Of a stretch of 42,128 nucleotides of DNA, positions 38,247 through 42,128 are shown piece by piece (within the stretch, counting starts at the first letter, position 1; the number at the start of each line of letters is the position of its first letter). The translations under genes were made by a program, and so were the position numbers. The DNA is taken from contig JBBTED010000006.1 of NCBI GenBank assembly GCA_038042445.1, forward strand, positions 1 to 42,128. The letters are read 5' to 3'. Source of the stretch: Candidatus Firestoneibacteriota bacterium (GTDB lineage: Bacteria; Oederibacteriota; D2-FULL-39-29; JBBTED01). Below the pieces are notes generated by a model. That model was given only the letters and a program-made list of their open reading frames with translations, did no database searches and was not told the DNA's origin.

Positions 38247-39254
38247 TTAAAATTTGTTTGGGATAAGATATGCTAAACCTCCTCTGAAATATGTCCCATC
38301 ATGCCCACTATAATAAAGCCAAAAACTATTTTCTCTCTCTACTAAAAGTGGGCCCCAGATACTTTCATGTCCACCATATTCCCATCCTGATTTTTCTGAT
38401 TCTAATATTGGATTATTGTTATATTTAGTCCAATTAATTCCATCCAATGACACAGCTAATCCTATTTTAGAACGAGAAGGTGTAGGCAATTTTTCATTTG
38501 TACCAGCATAACACATAACAAAATATTTTCCTTTCTTAATAACTGCTCCATGATACGCAAAATTAGAATCCCAACTATTTTTTCCAGTACCCAAAACTGG
38601 ATTTTGAGACACTTTTGTCCAGTTATTACCGTCTTTGGAAATAGCTAATCCCATCTGAAAAGTATGTGGTTCTGGTCTTTTGGGCCAATTTACAAGTCCA
38701 GAATACCACATATAATATGTATCTCCATCTTTAAGAACTGAAGGAACATTAACAATTCCTTCATCCCAAGATCCTTCTGGTCCTAAATCTAACACAAAAC
38801 CCTTCGGTTTTCTTGTCCAGTGAATACCATCTTTTGATACTGCATGACCAATCTTGATTCCAAGAAATCCTTTTGGGTAACCTCCATACCACATATGAAA
38901 AGTATCGTCTATTTTTATTACCCATGGGTCGTCAACTGCTTGTTGATCCCATTCTCCTTTTTCTCCTTTACAAAAAACTGGGTTGCCATCATATTTTTTA
39001 AACTTAATTCCATCTTTTGAAATAGCTAATCCAATTTCTATAGCTATAGTTTCAGTATCATCTACCATTTCATTTCCATTCCATCCACTATAATAGCAAT
39101 ACCATAAGTCTCCATGCTTAATAATAGACCCAATATGTGCTCCAAAAACATCCCAACTCCCAGGCAACCCTTTTTGCAAAATCGGGTTAGTTGCTTCTTT
39201 TTTCCATTTACCTTTGAATTCATCCCAAATAGAATCTTTTTTATTTATTATCAT
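38247..39254 (-). CDS. Five-bladed beta-propeller glycosidase (GH32/43/130-like)
   Basis: Repeated WD...P.V...MWY.G...IG.A.SKDG..W blades. Confidence 0.8.
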   Translation of the reverse strand: MIINKKDSIWDEFKGKWKKEATNPILQKGLPGSWDVFGAHIGSIIKHGDLWYCYYSGWNGNEMVDDTETIAIEIGLAISKDGIKFKKYDGNPVFCKGEKGEWDQQAVDDPWVIKIDDTFHMWYGGYPKGFLGIKIGHAVSKDGIHWTRKPKGFVLDLGPEGSWDEGIVNVPSVLKDGDTYYMWYSGLVNWPKRPEPHTFQMGLAISKDGNNWTKVSQNPVLGTGKNSWDSNFAYHGAVIKKGKYFVMCYAGTNEKLPTPSRSKIGLAVSLDGINWTKYNNNPILESEKSGWEYGGHESIWGPLLVERENSFWLYYSGHDGTYFRGGLAYLIPNKF

Positions 39255-39275
39255 CTATATACTCTCCTTTTTATT

Positions 39276-40721
39276 TTACCTTATCAAATACTTTGGAATT
39301 CTATGTGCTAATGAACGACGTTCAAAATATGAAAATATATCTTCTCTGAATGGCTTAACAATTAGATTGTCATTATCTATAAATCTACGCAAATCAATCT
39401 CACTTACTTGTCTCATTTCTTTTATCCAGCAAACTAATTTATTTTTCATCTCATCTTTTATAGTTTTGTATTCCTTCTCATTGGCAAGATTAATTGTCTC
39501 ATACGATTCTTTTGAAAAATCATATAATTCTTCATCACCTCCATTAAAATAATAAATATATTTCCATTTATTATTTTGTAGGGAAAACCATTCACCACCT
39601 ACATCTGAATAACTTACCATATAATCCTTTGAAGAAGTTTTCCCTTCATAAAGTGAAATTAAATTCTGACCTATACTAAATTTAGGCTTTTCTGCGCCAA
39701 CTGTGTCACAAATTGTCGGTAGAATATCTGTTAGAGATACGAAAGAATCACATATTTTAGATTTAACACCTGGCACCCTCAATATTAATGGAATATGAAT
39801 ACTTGAATCATAACCAAAATGTTTCATAAATAGATGTTGATCTCCTAATTGCTCTCCATGATCAGTTAGAAAAATAATGATTGTATCATCATAAAGTCCT
39901 TCATCTCTTAAAGTAGATATAATATGTCCAATTTGTTTATCTATAAGACTAACATTACCATAATAATGACTTACTATTCTTGCCCTTCTATCCTCTCTCA
40001 TACAAAAATCAAATTCCCAGGCAGAATGCCATTTCTGTATTACTCTGGATTTGTTTGCAACTGGCTCATTACATCCTTTAGGAAAAGGCATATCTTCTGG
40101 TTTATACATTGTATCATAAGGTCTTGGTGGGTCAAATGGAGGGTGCGGTTTAACAAATGAACACACACAGAAAAACGGTTTATCCTTTGCTCTTTTTTTC
40201 TGCAAATATTCTATCGTTTGATTGCCATTCCAAGTTGTTACATAATCTTCTTCTTTTAAATTAGATGTCGCCCACAGAATATCCCACCCATCTAAACCAT
40301 GTTCTCTTTCCAATAGTTCCTTTTCTGTCAAATACTTCTGATACTTGTCTGCATTTACCCTACCAAGTTCATGGTCATCAGATAATTTAAAATAATCAAA
40401 TCCATAAGTTTCTGTACATGGAACAAAATGCGCCTTCCCAATCATAGCAGTATGATATCCACTTGATTTTAATATATGACTTAGATGTGGCGTATTTTTA
40501 TGTCCATAAGGTTTATTAAATGTAAAATCATGTCTTCCTGTTAGCATTGTAATTCTTGCAGGAACACATATCGGAGAAGAAGTATATGCATTAGTAAATG
40601 TAACACTTTCAGAACTTAACTTGTCAATTGCAGGTGTCTGAATAATTTTATTACCATAACACCCTAAGGCATCATATCTTAACTGATCACATATTATGAT
40701 TAAAATATTTGGTTTAGACAT
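39276..40721 (-). CDS. Cys-type formylglycine sulfatase
   Basis: KPNILIIICDQ, CVPAR (CxPxR), GKAH, KPHPP and TDHG. Start placed at MSKPN; 40751 is an alternative. Confidence 0.92.
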   Translation of the reverse strand: MSKPNILIIICDQLRYDALGCYGNKIIQTPAIDKLSSESVTFTNAYTSSPICVPARITMLTGRHDFTFNKPYGHKNTPHLSHILKSSGYHTAMIGKAHFVPCTETYGFDYFKLSDDHELGRVNADKYQKYLTEKELLEREHGLDGWDILWATSNLKEEDYVTTWNGNQTIEYLQKKRAKDKPFFCVCSFVKPHPPFDPPRPYDTMYKPEDMPFPKGCNEPVANKSRVIQKWHSAWEFDFCMREDRRARIVSHYYGNVSLIDKQIGHIISTLRDEGLYDDTIIIFLTDHGEQLGDQHLFMKHFGYDSSIHIPLILRVPGVKSKICDSFVSLTDILPTICDTVGAEKPKFSIGQNLISLYEGKTSSKDYMVSYSDVGGEWFSLQNNKWKYIYYFNGGDEELYDFSKESYETINLANEKEYKTIKDEMKNKLVCWIKEMRQVSEIDLRRFIDNDNLIVKPFREDIFSYFERRSLAHRIPKYLIR

Positions 40722-40763
40722 TACAACCCCACTCTTTCTAAGTTTTTCCACTATGAATTATTT

Positions 40764-42128
40764 TTATTTTTTGTCATATCTTATACGAAAAAATCCATTG
40801 CCCCCAGTGCCAATATATAAAATAGGATTCCCTAATCGTTTTTCAAGTGTAAGTGACTGTATGAGATAATTAGGAAACGTTTTATCTAAAATATTTTGCC
40901 ATGTTTCTCCACCATTCCAGGATTCAAGTACACCTTCAGTAGAAATATCATCATGATAGGGGCTTGTATGACAACCAACAAATATATGGTTATCATTATC
41001 AGGATCTATAACAATTGACCAAACCTTTTCCTTTATTTTTCCTAAAATTCTTTGCCATGTTCGTCCACCGTCTGTTGACTTAATTACTCCTCCTTCATTT
41101 ATTTTTCCGGATGCATCTGTTTTCCCTTTTAAAGATTTTTTTTGTAGACCAACATACATAATATCTGGATTCGCCATAGAAAAAACGATTGATGCTTTAG
41201 ATTGACTTATATTCGGTATAGTTTCTGAAATTTTCATCCATTTCTTACCTTGATTATCACTCTTATAAATTCCACCTGCATATTCTCTGCCTCCCTCTTT
41301 TGATTCCAAAGCACAGTATAATATCTGTGAATTATATGGATGCATAGCTAATGAAGTCAATATGGGTGAAATCTTAAATTTCATTGTCATACCTGTATAG
41401 GTTTGTTCTGTATCATATTCAAATGGAAAAGGAGGCAATCCTTCATTTCTTGGTTTCCATGTTTTTCCCCCATCTTCAGATACATAAATTCCATAACGTG
41501 TTAACCCTGCAAAAAGTCTTCTGGAGCCACGAGAACTATGTGGATCAATCAAAAGCCAATATATTTGATCACTCGGTAATCCTGTATCAGGTCGTCCGAT
41601 TTTCTTCCACTTCTTTCCACTATCTGTTGAATGAAATATATACCCAGGTGCAATTCCACGGCCTATACCTGCATTTACACGATTACCACAACTAGCCCAC
41701 ATTTCATCAGGATTATCAGGATCAAAACAAGCTGTATCTACATCATTCACATCATCTCCAAGCATCCCTTCTGAAGCATATTCTACTGTCTTTCCACCAT
41801 CTGCTGAACTAAACATACCAATATCACCATACAACATATATATCTTCTGTGGATCTTTTGGATGAACTATAACAGAGTTTGTTACAGTATTCTCAAAACC
41901 ATTTGAGGTCCAACCTTTCCCATTCCACTCTATATAACAATACTTCCAAATTTTACCTCCATCTGTAGTTTTATAAACCATTACAGCCGTGGATATATAC
42001 AACAACAATGGATTATTTGGTGAAACACCTATACCATAGGGATTAATATTTTTAGTTTCATATTGATAGAGTCCAATAGTCCATGCAGGTTGAAAATTAT
42101 CTTCTGTAATTCTAATCCAGTTATTGCC
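40764..42128 (-). CDS. BNR/Asp-box beta-propeller protein (GH74/VPS10-like), 5' partial
   Basis: Repeated S/T-x-DGGxTW boxes. The frame stays open to the window edge (GNNWIRITED...). Confidence 0.85.
   Translation of the reverse strand, partial: GNNWIRITEDNFQPAWTIGLYQYETKNINPYGIGVSPNNPLLLYISTAVMVYKTTDGGKIWKYCYIEWNGKGWTSNGFENTVTNSVIVHPKDPQKIYMLYGDIGMFSSADGGKTVEYASEGMLGDDVNDVDTACFDPDNPDEMWASCGNRVNAGIGRGIAPGYIFHSTDSGKKWKKIGRPDTGLPSDQIYWLLIDPHSSRGSRRLFAGLTRYGIYVSEDGGKTWKPRNEGLPPFPFEYDTEQTYTGMTMKFKISPILTSLAMHPYNSQILYCALESKEGGREYAGGIYKSDNQGKKWMKISETIPNISQSKASIVFSMANPDIMYVGLQKKSLKGKTDASGKINEGGVIKSTDGGRTWQRILGKIKEKVWSIVIDPDNDNHIFVGCHTSPYHDDISTEGVLESWNGGETWQNILDKTFPNYLIQSLTLEKRLGNPILYIGTGGNGFFRIRYDKK

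Noticed and set aside
1480..41695. Antisense or nested ORFs in the track (e.g. 1480-1971, 7712-8032, 8357-8812, 21601-22230, 27994-28341, 33801-34166, 39214-39552)
   Set aside because: They are shadows of well-supported genes and lack motifs and RBS.

Overview
A low-GC (roughly 30% by eye, not computed) chromosomal segment from a diderm bacterium (lptE, TolC, murJ) that is probably anaerobic (metVF). Taxonomy cannot be fixed from the sequence alone. Almost every gene left of ~22.5 kb is on + and almost every gene right of it is on -. A dif-like XerCD site (22535-22562) lies at that convergence, so the window probably spans the replication terminus. The left core block is DUF3307-RDD-leuS-lptE-holA, rpsT(-), murJ-ogt-queD-PilZ. 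The right core block is DUF192-ABC-HlyD-TolC-HIT-ychF-tatC-tatA-nrdR-GT2-GT-C-YfhO-TPR-metF-metV. Accessory regions are the end of an MBL/SDR/cupin operon (1-2175), a decaying PocR/AraC-led sugar island abutting dif (11.3-22.5 kb), and a sulfatase/glycosidase island (37.5 kb to end) bounded by an IS66 remnant. Intergenic spacers hold several REP-like palindrome families, one copy lying inside ogt. The best novelty candidate is a four-copy hairpin element (TATGGTCTGGTG...ACAGACCATA) that always ends 10-11 nt before an SD-less start codon, with fixed ATG-to-ATG lengths of 39 or 62 nt and a compensatory base change. No CRISPR array, rRNA, tRNA or intact mobile-element enzyme was seen.
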